From IMG/VR virus record IMGVR_UViG_3300035505_000328, positions 34,775 to 98,774 of that record: a DNA stretch of 64,000 nucleotides; one strand, 5' to 3'. The notes below the pieces were generated by a model, which made no database searches, had not been told where the DNA came from, and saw only the letters and a program-made list of their open reading frames with translations. This document shows, in pieces, positions 1-9,205 of the stretch. The DNA comes from a virus. Its lineage: Duplodnaviria > Caudoviricetes. Position 1 is the stretch's first letter; each line of letters opens with the position of its first letter. The translations under genes and the position numbers were made by a program.

Positions 1-345
1 GATGCTTTAACAGCTTCTATTTCAGCTTTATCTGATAAAGAAGCTAGCGATATAGTTAAAGTAGAAAAGGATTTATCAGATACTAATGATGCTTTAACAG
101 CTTCTATTACTGCATTATCAGAGAAAACATCAAAGGATTTATCAGATACTAATGATGCTTTAACAGCTTCTATTACTGCATTATCAGAGAAAGAAGCTAG
201 TGATATAACAGAAGTTAAACAAAGTTTATCTGATACTAATGATGCTTTAACACAAAATATTACTGATTTGTCAAATCAAGAAGCTAGTGATATAACAGAA
301 GTTAAACAAAGTTTATCAGATACTAATGATGCTTTAACAAAGTCC
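1..345 (+). repeat. In-frame tandem repeats of 87/66 bp (29/22 aa) in the fibre gene
   Basis: GATGCTTTAACA recurs at 1, 88, 154, 241 and 328. Confidence 0.9.
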
Positions 346-2265
346 ATTAGTGACTTATCTGATAAACATGATACAGATATAGCTAAAGTAGAACAAGAAT
401 TATCTGATTCTTCAAGTGAAATCAATACTCGTATTGATAATACTATTGGCGAAGCTCCTGAAGATTTGAATACATTAGAGAAGTTAGCTAAGTCTATTAA
501 CAATGATTCTAATTATCATGGTACAGTAGATAGTAAGTTTTCTCAAGTAGATAGTACATTATCTTCATTACAACAGCAAATTAATACTGGTGATAGTAAT
601 TTAGATTCTTTGAAAGGTGAATTATCTGATAAGGATATTACTACAGTTCAGCAGTTAGTTGAAGCTATTAATGATGACCCAGAGTTCTATAAGACTTTAA
701 AGGATTACATCAATACAAAAGATTCTGTGTTACAAACAAATATTGATAATTTGAGTAATTCAACTTCTCAATCAATTAGTGATTTATCAACTCATGTAGA
801 TAATGCAGATGAAGTTTTGCAAGCTAATATTACTTCTTTATCTAAGAAAGAAGCTTCAGATATTGAAAGTGTAAATACTTCAATATCTGATTTGAAGACT
901 TATGTAGATACACAAGATTCTTCTACATTAGCAAATAGTAAATCATATACAGATAGTTCTGTGAAGACTGCTTCTGATACATTGAATACTAGCATAAATA
1001 ATTTAACTACAAAAGAAAGTGAAGATATTACTAAGGTAGAGAAAGAATTATCTGATTCTTCAAGTACTATTAATACTCGTATTGATAATACTATTGGACT
1101 AGCTCCTGAAACATTGAATACATTAGCTAAGTTAGCAGCAGCTATTAATAATGATGCTGATTTTGCTAATACAGTTTCTAAAGCAATTAGTGATAATTCA
1201 ACTAGTGATAGAGCTTATACAGATAGCTCTGTGAAGACTGCTTCTGATAGTTTAACATCAGCTATTAATGATTTAACTACAAAGTTGACTAATTTAACTT
1301 CAACTGTAGATACTTCAGATAAACAGTTACAGAGTGACATAGATAAATTATCTTCAAGTACAAGTACTAGTATATCTGATTTGAAGACTTATGTAGATAC
1401 ACAAGATTCTTCTACATTATCAAGCAGTAAATCATATACAGATACTACAGCTTCAAATATTAAAGGTAGTGTTCCTAGTAATTTGAATACATTAGAGAAA
1501 TTAGCTACAGCTATCAATAATGATACAGATGTATATAATACATTGAAAAATTATGTAAGTACATCTATAACTAATTTTAATAATGATACTGTAAAGTCTG
1601 AAATTAGCACTGCTAAGACAGATTTAGAGAAAGAAATTTCTACTGCTAAAAGTGATGCTATTAGTACTGTATTAGGTGAAGCTATTGCTAATATAACTAC
1701 TTTGAAAGCATTATATGATTATGTAAATACACAAGATTCATCTATTTCTACTAGTTTAAGTAGTTTTAAAACTACTTATGACACATTAGTAGCTAGTGTA
1801 AGTACTGATTATAATACATTGCTTAAGATTGAAAATAAAATCAAAAGTAAAGTTGAGAGTGTATCTGGTAAAGGACTTTCTACGAATGACTTTACTGATA
1901 CTTTGAAAAATAAACTTGATGGTATTGCTGAAGGTGCTAATAATTATACTTATACACATCCAACATCACACCCAGCTTCTATGATTACAGAAAGTTCAGA
2001 TAGAAGATTCGTTTCTGATACTGAAAAGTCTACTTGGAATAAGAAGCTTAGTGGAACTTCAGGAACATCTAACTTTGCAGGTAATTCTGGTGAAGTTACT
2101 ATTGCTCATGGATTAGGTGTAATACCTAGTGCAGTTATGGTAATACCTACTGCTAACCCCTCTGGATATTTAGGTGAATATTGGGTGTCTAAAGATGCAA
2201 CTAACATTAAAGTAGGAAACTCAGGTACATTTACTGGTGGATTCCAATGGATTGCATTAGTATAG
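1..2265 (+). CDS. Long coiled-coil tail fibre / virion fibre protein (5' end lies outside the window)
   Basis: Frame is open from base 1. It has repeated fibre motifs (APEDLNTLEKLAKSINND, APETLNTLAKLAAAINND, VPSNLNTLEKLATAINND), a GKGLSTNDFT...KLDGIAEGANNY..HP motif common in Firmicutes phage fibres, and a small beta-rich C-terminal tip (VTIAHGLGVIP). Confidence 0.75.
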   Translation, partial: DALTASISALSDKEASDIVKVEKDLSDTNDALTASITALSEKTSKDLSDTNDALTASITALSEKEASDITEVKQSLSDTNDALTQNITDLSNQEASDITEVKQSLSDTNDALTKSISDLSDKHDTDIAKVEQELSDSSSEINTRIDNTIGEAPEDLNTLEKLAKSINNDSNYHGTVDSKFSQVDSTLSSLQQQINTGDSNLDSLKGELSDKDITTVQQLVEAINDDPEFYKTLKDYINTKDSVLQTNIDNLSNSTSQSISDLSTHVDNADEVLQANITSLSKKEASDIESVNTSISDLKTYVDTQDSSTLANSKSYTDSSVKTASDTLNTSINNLTTKESEDITKVEKELSDSSSTINTRIDNTIGLAPETLNTLAKLAAAINNDADFANTVSKAISDNSTSDRAYTDSSVKTASDSLTSAINDLTTKLTNLTSTVDTSDKQLQSDIDKLSSSTSTSISDLKTYVDTQDSSTLSSSKSYTDTTASNIKGSVPSNLNTLEKLATAINNDTDVYNTLKNYVSTSITNFNNDTVKSEISTAKTDLEKEISTAKSDAISTVLGEAIANITTLKALYDYVNTQDSSISTSLSSFKTTYDTLVASVSTDYNTLLKIENKIKSKVESVSGKGLSTNDFTDTLKNKLDGIAEGANNYTYTHPTSHPASMITESSDRRFVSDTEKSTWNKKLSGTSGTSNFAGNSGEVTIAHGLGVIPSAVMVIPTANPSGYLGEYWVSKDATNIKVGNSGTFTGGFQWIALV

Positions 2266-2281
2266 AAAGGAGGGTTTGATT

Positions 2282-2431
2282 ATGACAGCTGAAGAAAGAG
2301 AAAAGAAGATTAAAGAGGAAGAAGAAAAAAGAAAGAAAAGACAGCAGAACGACACAGCATCTATGGGTAACAAGATGATTAGTGAAGATGGAACTCTTTC
2401 GGCTTTCGGTTTCTCAGATAGCTATGAATAA
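2282..2431 (+). CDS. Small 49-aa charged protein, absent from the ORF track
   Basis: MTAEEREKKIKEEEEKRKKRQQNDTASMGNKMISEDG...; it has a strong SD (AAGGGAGG) just after the fibre stop and is followed by a terminator. Confidence 0.7.
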   Translation: MTAEEREKKIKEEEEKRKKRQQNDTASMGNKMISEDGTLSAFGFSDSYE

Positions 2432-2438
2432 AAATTTA

Positions 2439-2470
2439 GAGGTAATAGGATTTCTCCTATTACCTCGTTT
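2439..2470. terminator. Bidirectional intrinsic terminator
   Basis: GAGGTAATAGGA-tttc-TCCTATTACCTC between convergent genes. Confidence 0.8.
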
Positions 2471-3073
2471 TTATTTTTTTCTCAACTTGCTCTTGATATA
2501 AGACACAATACTTTCTCTATTAGAGCGGAATGTTAACTCACTAATATATAACATTAAATACTCATCTAATTCCTTAATCTGTTTATTCAGAACTGGAAGT
2601 AAATAATTATACTTAGGATTGTTACTATTATTGATACGGATAAGAATGTCTTCTAATGTTTTTCTTGTAGCAAGATATGTTTGGAAGTTCTTATCTTTAA
2701 TCTCTTTAGTAAGCTTATTATTCTGAAGAATCTTTAAGTAAACTTTATGCTTCCTGTCTGGAATTGTTGATGCTACGAACTGTCCTTCAGTATGTATAAT
2801 GTCTTGAATCTTTTTACATACAGCATCATCTTTAAAGTTATACTTAGGGTCAAGTAATGTTTCCAAGACAGCATTGAATTTAGAAACTTGTTCCATTTCT
2901 GATTCTTCTTGTCTTTTCTTAGCTTCTCTAAGTTTTCTAGCATGTTCCAATTCAAGTGCCTTATAATCAATTTCTTCTTGTTCAGGCTCTTCTTCTAATG
3001 GTTCAAGTTCAGGGTCATTAAGAAGTTCAACACCCATATCCAAGTATTCTTCATTGTCAATTTCTTTAGCCAT
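2471..3073 (-). CDS. Hypothetical protein (late-promoter gene)
   Basis: 200-aa ORF with SD GAAGGGAG and AACA-N6-TA at 3113-3102. Confidence 0.75.
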   Translation of the reverse strand: MAKEIDNEEYLDMGVELLNDPELEPLEEEPEQEEIDYKALELEHARKLREAKKRQEESEMEQVSKFNAVLETLLDPKYNFKDDAVCKKIQDIIHTEGQFVASTIPDRKHKVYLKILQNNKLTKEIKDKNFQTYLATRKTLEDILIRINNSNNPKYNYLLPVLNKQIKELDEYLMLYISELTFRSNRESIVSYIKSKLRKK

Positions 3074-3114
3074 TTTTATGCTCCCTTCTTCTAAGGTTTA
3101 TTATAAGTTTGTTC

Positions 3115-3571
3115 CAAAAAGCAGGAAGCCCTTCAATCTACCATGCCTAACGTAGATTGAAGGGTTTGTTGTAATTTTGGATTTTGAGGTTTGTCGTATT
3201 ATATACTTTTGAAAGGCATTACAACCAAAAGTATACAAAACCATGAAATTTGGAATATACTATTCAATTTACGAGCAAATAGTATTTCACACAGCGTTTA
3301 TGTTGTAAAAACAAACATAGAAAGGAGGATTACACCAACCGCATAACAGAAATGTGTAATCAAACGAAAAACAAAAGTAGTTCTAAATAACGGACTTTCC
3401 AAAGCAAAACTATTACCAAAAATCGGAAGAAAAAAGTAATAGCAACCACACGAAATTTAGTTCAGAACGATTTGTTGTAGGATAATATAAGTATTACACT
3501 CTATTTAATAATCTAATCGTAGGACATCAACCAGACTAAATACTAAATATGAATATAATAAATACATTACT
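3115..3571 (-). ncRNA. Candidate ~455-nt U-rich multi-hairpin non-coding RNA
   Basis: AACA-tattat-TA promoter at 3582-3571, no ORF, a series of 7-10 bp hairpins, and a terminal 13-bp hairpin (3129-3164) followed by a U-tract on the minus strand. Confidence 0.5.
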
Positions 3572-3673
3572 AATAATATGTTTCTAAAAATTTTTACTAT
3601 TAGAAAAATCTACTTTTTTGTTGAAAAACAAGAGAAAACTGTAAATTATACTAAATTTGAGGAGGAAATTATT

Positions 3674-4426
3674 ATGAGTTTATTAAAGTCAAAATTCAAA
3701 GAAGCTATTGAAAAGGATGGTAACTTAGGTAACAAACAAGAGTATGTTCCTTTCTTTAGAACTGGTATTGACATCTTTGATTACATCAATGGTGTTCGTA
3801 AGAGTAATGGTAATGTTGCTTTGGGTATTCAGGGCGGAAGAATTATCATGGATGTAGGAAATTCTGGTACTGGTAAATCTTCTAAGATTATTGGTCAGGC
3901 TTGTGCTATCGCAGACCAGTATGAGAACTCTGATGTATGGCATTATGACTTTGAGCGTTCTACAACTCCAGAACGTGTTATGAATATTGCTGGTTGGTCT
4001 TTTGAACATTACAAAGAGAAATATGAAATCTTCAATAAAGGAATTTCAGTAGAGACAATCTACAGAGCTTGTAAGAAGATTGAAAAAGTTAAACTTGAAA
4101 ACTATGATGATATCAAGATTGATAGTGGTGAAGTAGATGACAATGGAAAGCCAATTTATTACTTACCACCTACAATTATGATTATCGACTCTGTTGCATT
4201 ATTAGCTCCTGAAGAAGTTGAGAGTGATGATGAACTGAAAGGTAGTATGGGTGCAACTGCTATTGCTAAAGCTAACACAAATGTGTTTAAGAGGATAATG
4301 GACCCGATAGAAAATGCAAATATCATTGTAATGCTTGTAAATCACTTAACGCAGAAGATTGAAATTGGACCTGTTAAGTCTAAAGCACAGGTTAATTATC
4401 TGAAACAAGATGAATCAATTCCAGGT
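3674..4426 (+). CDS. uvsX: RecA/UvsX-like recombinase, exon 1
   Basis: Walker A GNSGTGKS, Walker B IIDSVA, and the MLVNHL motif. The exon ends ...ESIPG. The start is placed at 3674 because of the GGAGG SD. Confidence 0.9.
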
Positions 4427-5060
4427 AAACAATTCTGCCTGTACTAAGTCGTGAGGCTTAGTTGGAATGTTTCTAAGTGCGGGGAGTTCTTGTTAGGTCT
4501 TAACTACTAACTTAGAATAGTGATGTTCTAAGGGCAAAGGGTAATTCCGGAGGTATAGTAACCAAGGTTAAGAATAGAGATAATCCGCAGCTAAGCTGTT
4601 ATGTGTCCATCTTTCGGGAAAAACAATTATATAACTCAATTTGAAAGAAGATGTATAATTGTGAAAGATAATGATTTAATTTCATTAAATAAAACTAAGA
4701 AAATGTCTAAACAAGAAAAACTTGAAGTTGTTTTACATAATTGTAGAGTAGTTCATAAAGATATATTTGGAAACTAACAGAAGAGTTCAACGACTATCGA
4801 AAAGCTTATTATAAGGAGAAATACCTTATTCATATAAGTCAGTAGAGTACCCCCTAAGCGATTGAGGTTCTACTATCTGCAAGGAAGTAGGTAATGGGAA
4901 ATGTTACCCTCTTAAAATTTCTTTCAATATTCATTTTAAGAGTGAAGATATAGTCTCATCAGAATATATTTGTGGTGATTAATATATTCATTCTATAGAG
5001 ATATAGAGAAGTTCATAAGAGAACTGCTTGAATGAAGCGGATTCAAGTGAAGAAAATTTG
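4427..5060 (+). mobile_element. Group I intron in recA/uvsX (634 nt; homing endonuclease reduced to a remnant)
   Basis: P1 is CAGGU/GCCUG with a U.G pair at the 5' splice site. Core elements GUUCAACGACUA and GAAGAUAUAGUC are present, and the terminal G is at 5060. Splicing restores IPG|GKAITY, equivalent to RecA PGGxALKFY. Confidence 0.92.
4661..4777 (+). pseudogene. 38-codon remnant ORF inside the recA intron (probable deleted homing endonuclease)
   Basis: GTG...TAA ORF in a peripheral loop of the intron, preceded by a late-promoter word and an RBS-occluding hairpin. Confidence 0.5.
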
Positions 5061-5624
5061 GGAAAAGCTATCACCTATTTAACTAATACACTTACTAAGT
5101 TAGAAACAGGTTCTAAGTTAACACCTGATAAGGAATTAGGAATTAAAGGTTTCTATCTTACTGGTATTCTGATTAAATCAAGAAATACTGAAGCAGGAAC
5201 ACAGTTTAAAATGGTATTTGAGCAGTCTAAAGGTATTAACAACCTCTTGACTAACTTTGTAAACTTGAAGGATTTAAAGAGAATCTCTGGTGCAGGACGT
5301 TCATTCCATTTGGATACATTACCAGACGTTAAATTCTCTTTGAAAGAATTTGCTGAGAAGTATAGAACTAATGAAAAACTTCGTAAAGCTTTTGATGAAG
5401 CTGTAGATGAAGAATATTCTAAGTTCCTTCCAGATGAATTTGACAGTGCTTACAATGGTAACATTTCAGCTGAATCTGATAAAGAAGAAGATGAAGTAAT
5501 TCGTATCAATGAGGATGGAATGATTATCATTGATGAAGAAGAAGATATCTACAAAGACCCAGAGGATGGTACATATTATACCATTGAGGAAGATGAGTAC
5601 GTAGAGATTGAGTATGAAGAATAA
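5061..5624 (+). CDS. uvsX: RecA/UvsX-like recombinase, exon 2 (spliced product ~438 aa, acidic C-tail)
   Basis: In frame with exon 1 after intron removal; has the IKSR motif and a very acidic tail. Confidence 0.9.
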   Translation, partial: GKAITYLTNTLTKLETGSKLTPDKELGIKGFYLTGILIKSRNTEAGTQFKMVFEQSKGINNLLTNFVNLKDLKRISGAGRSFHLDTLPDVKFSLKEFAEKYRTNEKLRKAFDEAVDEEYSKFLPDEFDSAYNGNISAESDKEEDEVIRINEDGMIIIDEEEDIYKDPEDGTYYTIEEDEYVEIEYEE

Positions 5625-5647
5625 AAAAAAAATGGATTATTAAACAA

Positions 5648-5676
5648 GGGAGAAAGAGTATAAATCTCTTTCTCCC
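5648..5676. terminator. Bidirectional terminator
   Basis: GGGAGAAAGAG-tataaat-CTCTTTCTCCC between convergent genes. Confidence 0.75.
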
Positions 5677-5682
5677 CCATTT

Positions 5683-6768
5683 TTACAGAATCACATCGTC
5701 ACCACAATCACCTGACTTAAGGCTCTTTGATTCAGAGATATCTATTTCAAAACTCTTGTTAATCTTACTAATTTTAACAAGGTTGTTTCTAATGACTTCT
5801 CTGCCAGCTCTATGAAGATAATTTCTAGCATACAAAGCTGAATTGCTTACATGCTCTAAGTCATCTCCATTCACACTCAACAAGCTTCTGGCATCCAAAG
5901 TCATATCATCCCAATCCAGATTAAAACTAGATTCTCTGTAGAACTTACTAATTCTGATTGCCTTAAACCAGTCAACCCTTTTTTGAAGTCTATTAATTTC
6001 GTCTTCAAGCTCTAGTTTTGTAGGGTCATTTGATGTGCAGTAATAGTGTTGTCTAATATGGTCTTTATACCGAATAATAGTTGCTTCATCGATATATTGC
6101 ATCATGTATAGACCAGCCAGAAGGAACTCAGCTTCCTCATCACTGAATAATGGTTCTTTCTGAATTTCTTCATTTCCTTTTGACGTGAATGTTATGCCTA
6201 TATTACTGCAATCAAAAAGTTCAGGGTACACAAGCCTCATATCAGGAACTTCACTTTCTTCTGCATAATACCCATAAAGAGAATTGATACGGGTCTTTCC
6301 AACGTATTCATAATCCTCATGAAAGGTTAAGATATTTGTAAAGTTATCACCTATAGAACCTTCTATTGTTAAGGAAACTGCTTCCTCAAGTAACAAAGAA
6401 ATCTGTCCGATACTTCCTTCATGAAAATTCTCAGTTATAGAAACTGGAATTTCCACAACTTGAGGATTTTTCTTGATTAAGATATCAAGTCTGTTCCAGA
6501 GTTGGCGAGCATTTTCAATATCACCCTTTACATCTCCATCATCACCAGCTAAGATTAAAGTCTTGATAGGGTCACCTGCACGCTTAATGTTACCATCCTC
6601 TGATTCTTCTTGTTGATAAATATACTGTATCCAAGCATAGAACTTGATGGTATTTACACCTTTAATTCTAGTTTGAATATCTTCAAGACCAATAGGAGAT
6701 TCCTCTTTCTCAAAACTCTCAAGATAATACTTAAGTTTACCTACTGTCACAATGTGTGCTTCCGTCAT
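5683..6768 (-). CDS. Hypothetical protein, paralog of the adjacent gene
   Basis: Start reassigned to MTEAHIV at 6768 (SD AGGAGG). Shares TVxxxxxxxExF, LILAG and LFSDxEA motifs with 6782-7822. Confidence 0.75.
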   Translation of the reverse strand: MTEAHIVTVGKLKYYLESFEKEESPIGLEDIQTRIKGVNTIKFYAWIQYIYQQEESEDGNIKRAGDPIKTLILAGDDGDVKGDIENARQLWNRLDILIKKNPQVVEIPVSITENFHEGSIGQISLLLEEAVSLTIEGSIGDNFTNILTFHEDYEYVGKTRINSLYGYYAEESEVPDMRLVYPELFDCSNIGITFTSKGNEEIQKEPLFSDEEAEFLLAGLYMMQYIDEATIIRYKDHIRQHYYCTSNDPTKLELEDEINRLQKRVDWFKAIRISKFYRESSFNLDWDDMTLDARSLLSVNGDDLEHVSNSALYARNYLHRAGREVIRNNLVKISKINKSFEIDISESKSLKSGDCGDDVIL

Positions 6769-6781
6769 TTTAAATTCCTCC

Positions 6782-7822
6782 TTATAATAAATTCTTGATT
6801 GAATCTGCTTGTCCAAGTGCTCTGACATTTATTGTATTGGCACTTTCAAATTCATTTTGTAGCATAGACAAAGGACCTGCAAATGTTTCTTTCAAGTCAT
6901 CACAAAGTTGTTTGATTACATGCTTCTTACTTACAGCCAAGATATTCATGGCTTCTTTGTCACCTTTAGTTATTGGCTTCTTGATGACATCATTGAAATA
7001 ATCAAACATATGCACTGTATTAACGTTACCATCAATGGTGAAATTTTCTTTAATCTTTTTTCTAGTATCAATTATTTCATCAATACTTTCTTGAAGCGTT
7101 TCAGATTCCTTAAGGAAATTTGTCACACAAGCAGTTCCATTATTTGCTTGAACAGCTTTTAATTCAAAGTATACTTCCTTAAGGTTAACTTCATAAAGGT
7201 ACTGCAGCACCTCTAAAGCTACATAAATTCTGTAAGCTTCATTGTCTGAAAATAGTTTATCAACCTTATTTTCAGCCACAACAAATGGTGCTGAATCATA
7301 AAGGTCTTTGAAAATTACTTCCATCAAAGGAATGTTAACTCGTTCTGAACGCATGTAACCATCTTCACCTTGTGGGTCAAGGTTAAACTCCACTAGCTTG
7401 TAATGGAATTCACCATCTTCAGGATTATATCCCTGCTTGCATACAGAGATATTTTCCAAATCAAGATATTCCAAACTTGAACAACGATTTCCATGTCCAG
7501 CTCTAAACCAGTTTGAAGTTATTAATACTGGTTTGCTAATCATTTCTGGGTCTTGCTTAACTAAGAACTTAATTCTAGTCTGCAAATCCAGAAGGCTTGT
7601 ACTAACTGGTTTCCTGTCATATTCGCCAGCTGTATAACCAGCTAATATCAACATCTTTTCACTGATGTTTCCACTTTCAATTCTGTCAACATATACATCA
7701 AACCCTTCACTGTATTCATCCAATGTTGGGTTAGATACAACTAGTCGTATTGGTTGCGAATTTGTAGGGTCAAATTGTTCAATGAATTTTAAAAACTCCT
7801 GAACTGTGTAGTTTTTCTCCAT
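6782..7822 (-). CDS. Hypothetical early protein, paralog of the adjacent gene
   Basis: 346-aa ORF with SD AAGGAGG and ATATATTAT upstream (7879-7871). Confidence 0.8.
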   Translation of the reverse strand: MEKNYTVQEFLKFIEQFDPTNSQPIRLVVSNPTLDEYSEGFDVYVDRIESGNISEKMLILAGYTAGEYDRKPVSTSLLDLQTRIKFLVKQDPEMISKPVLITSNWFRAGHGNRCSSLEYLDLENISVCKQGYNPEDGEFHYKLVEFNLDPQGEDGYMRSERVNIPLMEVIFKDLYDSAPFVVAENKVDKLFSDNEAYRIYVALEVLQYLYEVNLKEVYFELKAVQANNGTACVTNFLKESETLQESIDEIIDTRKKIKENFTIDGNVNTVHMFDYFNDVIKKPITKGDKEAMNILAVSKKHVIKQLCDDLKETFAGPLSMLQNEFESANTINVRALGQADSIKNLL

Positions 7823-7924
7823 AGTTAAAATCCTCCTTTTCGTTTTATATTATCAAAAAGCTACATATTAATAATATATAAATAAAAAGAAGAGGAAAAC
7901 TGTTTCCAGTTTTCCTCATGTATT

Positions 7925-8689
7925 TTAACTTGTTCTATCATTCAATTTCTCATTAGAAGATTTTCTACGTTTCTTTTCTTCTACAGTTCTGGTTAATTCT
8001 AATCCTTCAGTAACCAAATCAGTCATTAATCCAGCTCCCATAAAATAAACATCTACTGTATTAAGAGTAGTCTTATTTTCAAGTTCATCTGTGTAATCCT
8101 GAAGTTGAGTATAACCTTGTGTTGCAATTTCTTTATACATTTCCATTTTAGCAACGTCATCGTCACCTCTAGCACTGAAGAACTCTTTAACAGCTAAATC
8201 AGCGTTCCATACACCTAAGTTAAAGGTTTCTGCATCAGAAATTCTTGCAACACGACTATCTCCAGTTAACTGATTGGTCTTATTATTGCGTACTGATATA
8301 TCCCAACCATAACTATTCTTTTTCATAAGCATTTGCTGCAAACGCTTAGTCATTATCCAACCTGTCGGAACTTTATAGGCAGACCTTACTGGATTATCTT
8401 TATCATCACCACTTCTATAATAAATGTATTCTTCTAATTCTATACCTAAATAATTAGCTGCTTCTTGAATGTCTTTAAGAATAGGTTCATTCTTATATGG
8501 AAGAACTTCAAAGTAAAAGTTTTCTTCATCATCTTTGAAGAACTTATTTGCCCATTTGGTAAACTGTTCATCACTCATCTTACCAAAGAATTCTTTAAAC
8601 TTCTTTGTATTTCTTCCTGACTTATCAAAACGTGAAGCAGTTCCATAAATTAGGGTTTCTATCTTTTTACGTTTCTCTTTTACAGTCAT
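7925..8689 (-). CDS. RNA polymerase beta subunit, C-terminal fragment (probably virion RNAP)
   Basis: VPTGWIMTKRLQQMLMKK...TNQLTGDSRVARISDAET aligns by eye with beta VGxxYxxKLxHxxxDK...TQQPxxG...RFGEME. It lies in a late-promoter unit. Confidence 0.7.
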   Translation of the reverse strand: MTVKEKRKKIETLIYGTASRFDKSGRNTKKFKEFFGKMSDEQFTKWANKFFKDDEENFYFEVLPYKNEPILKDIQEAANYLGIELEEYIYYRSGDDKDNPVRSAYKVPTGWIMTKRLQQMLMKKNSYGWDISVRNNKTNQLTGDSRVARISDAETFNLGVWNADLAVKEFFSARGDDDVAKMEMYKEIATQGYTQLQDYTDELENKTTLNTVDVYFMGAGLMTDLVTEGLELTRTVEEKKRRKSSNEKLNDRTS

Positions 8690-8701
8690 TATACTTCACC
8701 T

Positions 8702-9088
8702 TTATGTATTACTTACAGTGTTATTTGTTTCAGTGTCACCATAATTTTTGGTATCTTTGAATTCTGTTGTTCTTTGTAAAAGTATTAGTAGATACCCAGT
8801 AAATGATGTTTTATCAGATTCAGAAGGTTTAATAATAAAATCTTCTTTAACTGTTTTGTCTGATATATCATTGATGTTAAGTGTATCTAGGAAGTTAATT
8901 GATGGAATGTACAAAGGTTGTATAATAAAGTCATTATAGATGCCTCTATGTAGATAATAATTAATATCTACTTCCATGTGTGCAACTTCTTCAATAGTCT
9001 TATAAGTTAATACTTTAGCAGATAATATACGAGTACCAAAATTACCATCAGTTCTTTCAACATTATAAGTCTCTGTAAGTGTAGCCAT
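8702..9088 (-). CDS. Hypothetical (likely virion) protein
   Basis: SD AAAGGAG favours the start at 9088; AACA-N6-TA at 9124-9113. Confidence 0.65.
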   Translation of the reverse strand: MATLTETYNVERTDGNFGTRILSAKVLTYKTIEEVAHMEVDINYYLHRGIYNDFIIQPLYIPSINFLDTLNINDISDKTVKEDFIIKPSESDKTSFTGYLLILLQRTTEFKDTKNYGDTETNNTVSNT

Positions 9089-9148
9089 AAACATTACTCC
9101 TTTCTTAATTACTATGAATGTGTTGTGTATTATCATAATATTTAAAAA

Positions 9149-9180
9149 ATTGGACTTAATCGTTTCCGATTAAGTCCAAT
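9149..9180 (-). terminator. Terminator of the sheath-tube operon
   Basis: ATTGGACTTAATCG-tttc-CGATTAAGTCCAAT with flanking A/T tracts. Confidence 0.8.
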
Positions 9181-9205
9181 CATTTTTATTAGTTCACGAA
9201 ACTGA

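Noticed and set aside
3115-3571. CRISPR array or TIGR-like array
   Set aside because: There is no conserved repeat sequence or fixed period, and no recognisable Cas or Nop-domain gene nearby. Only the structure repeats.
3578-3673. Upstream ATG start for recA
   Set aside because: It has no SD. ATG 3674 has GGAGG, and a promoter-like word lies inside the extension.
5028-5060. Independent TTG-start gene 5028-5624
   Set aside because: The first 11 codons are intron sequence and the rest is recA exon 2. The same applies to the ORF-track starts at 16679 and 36212.
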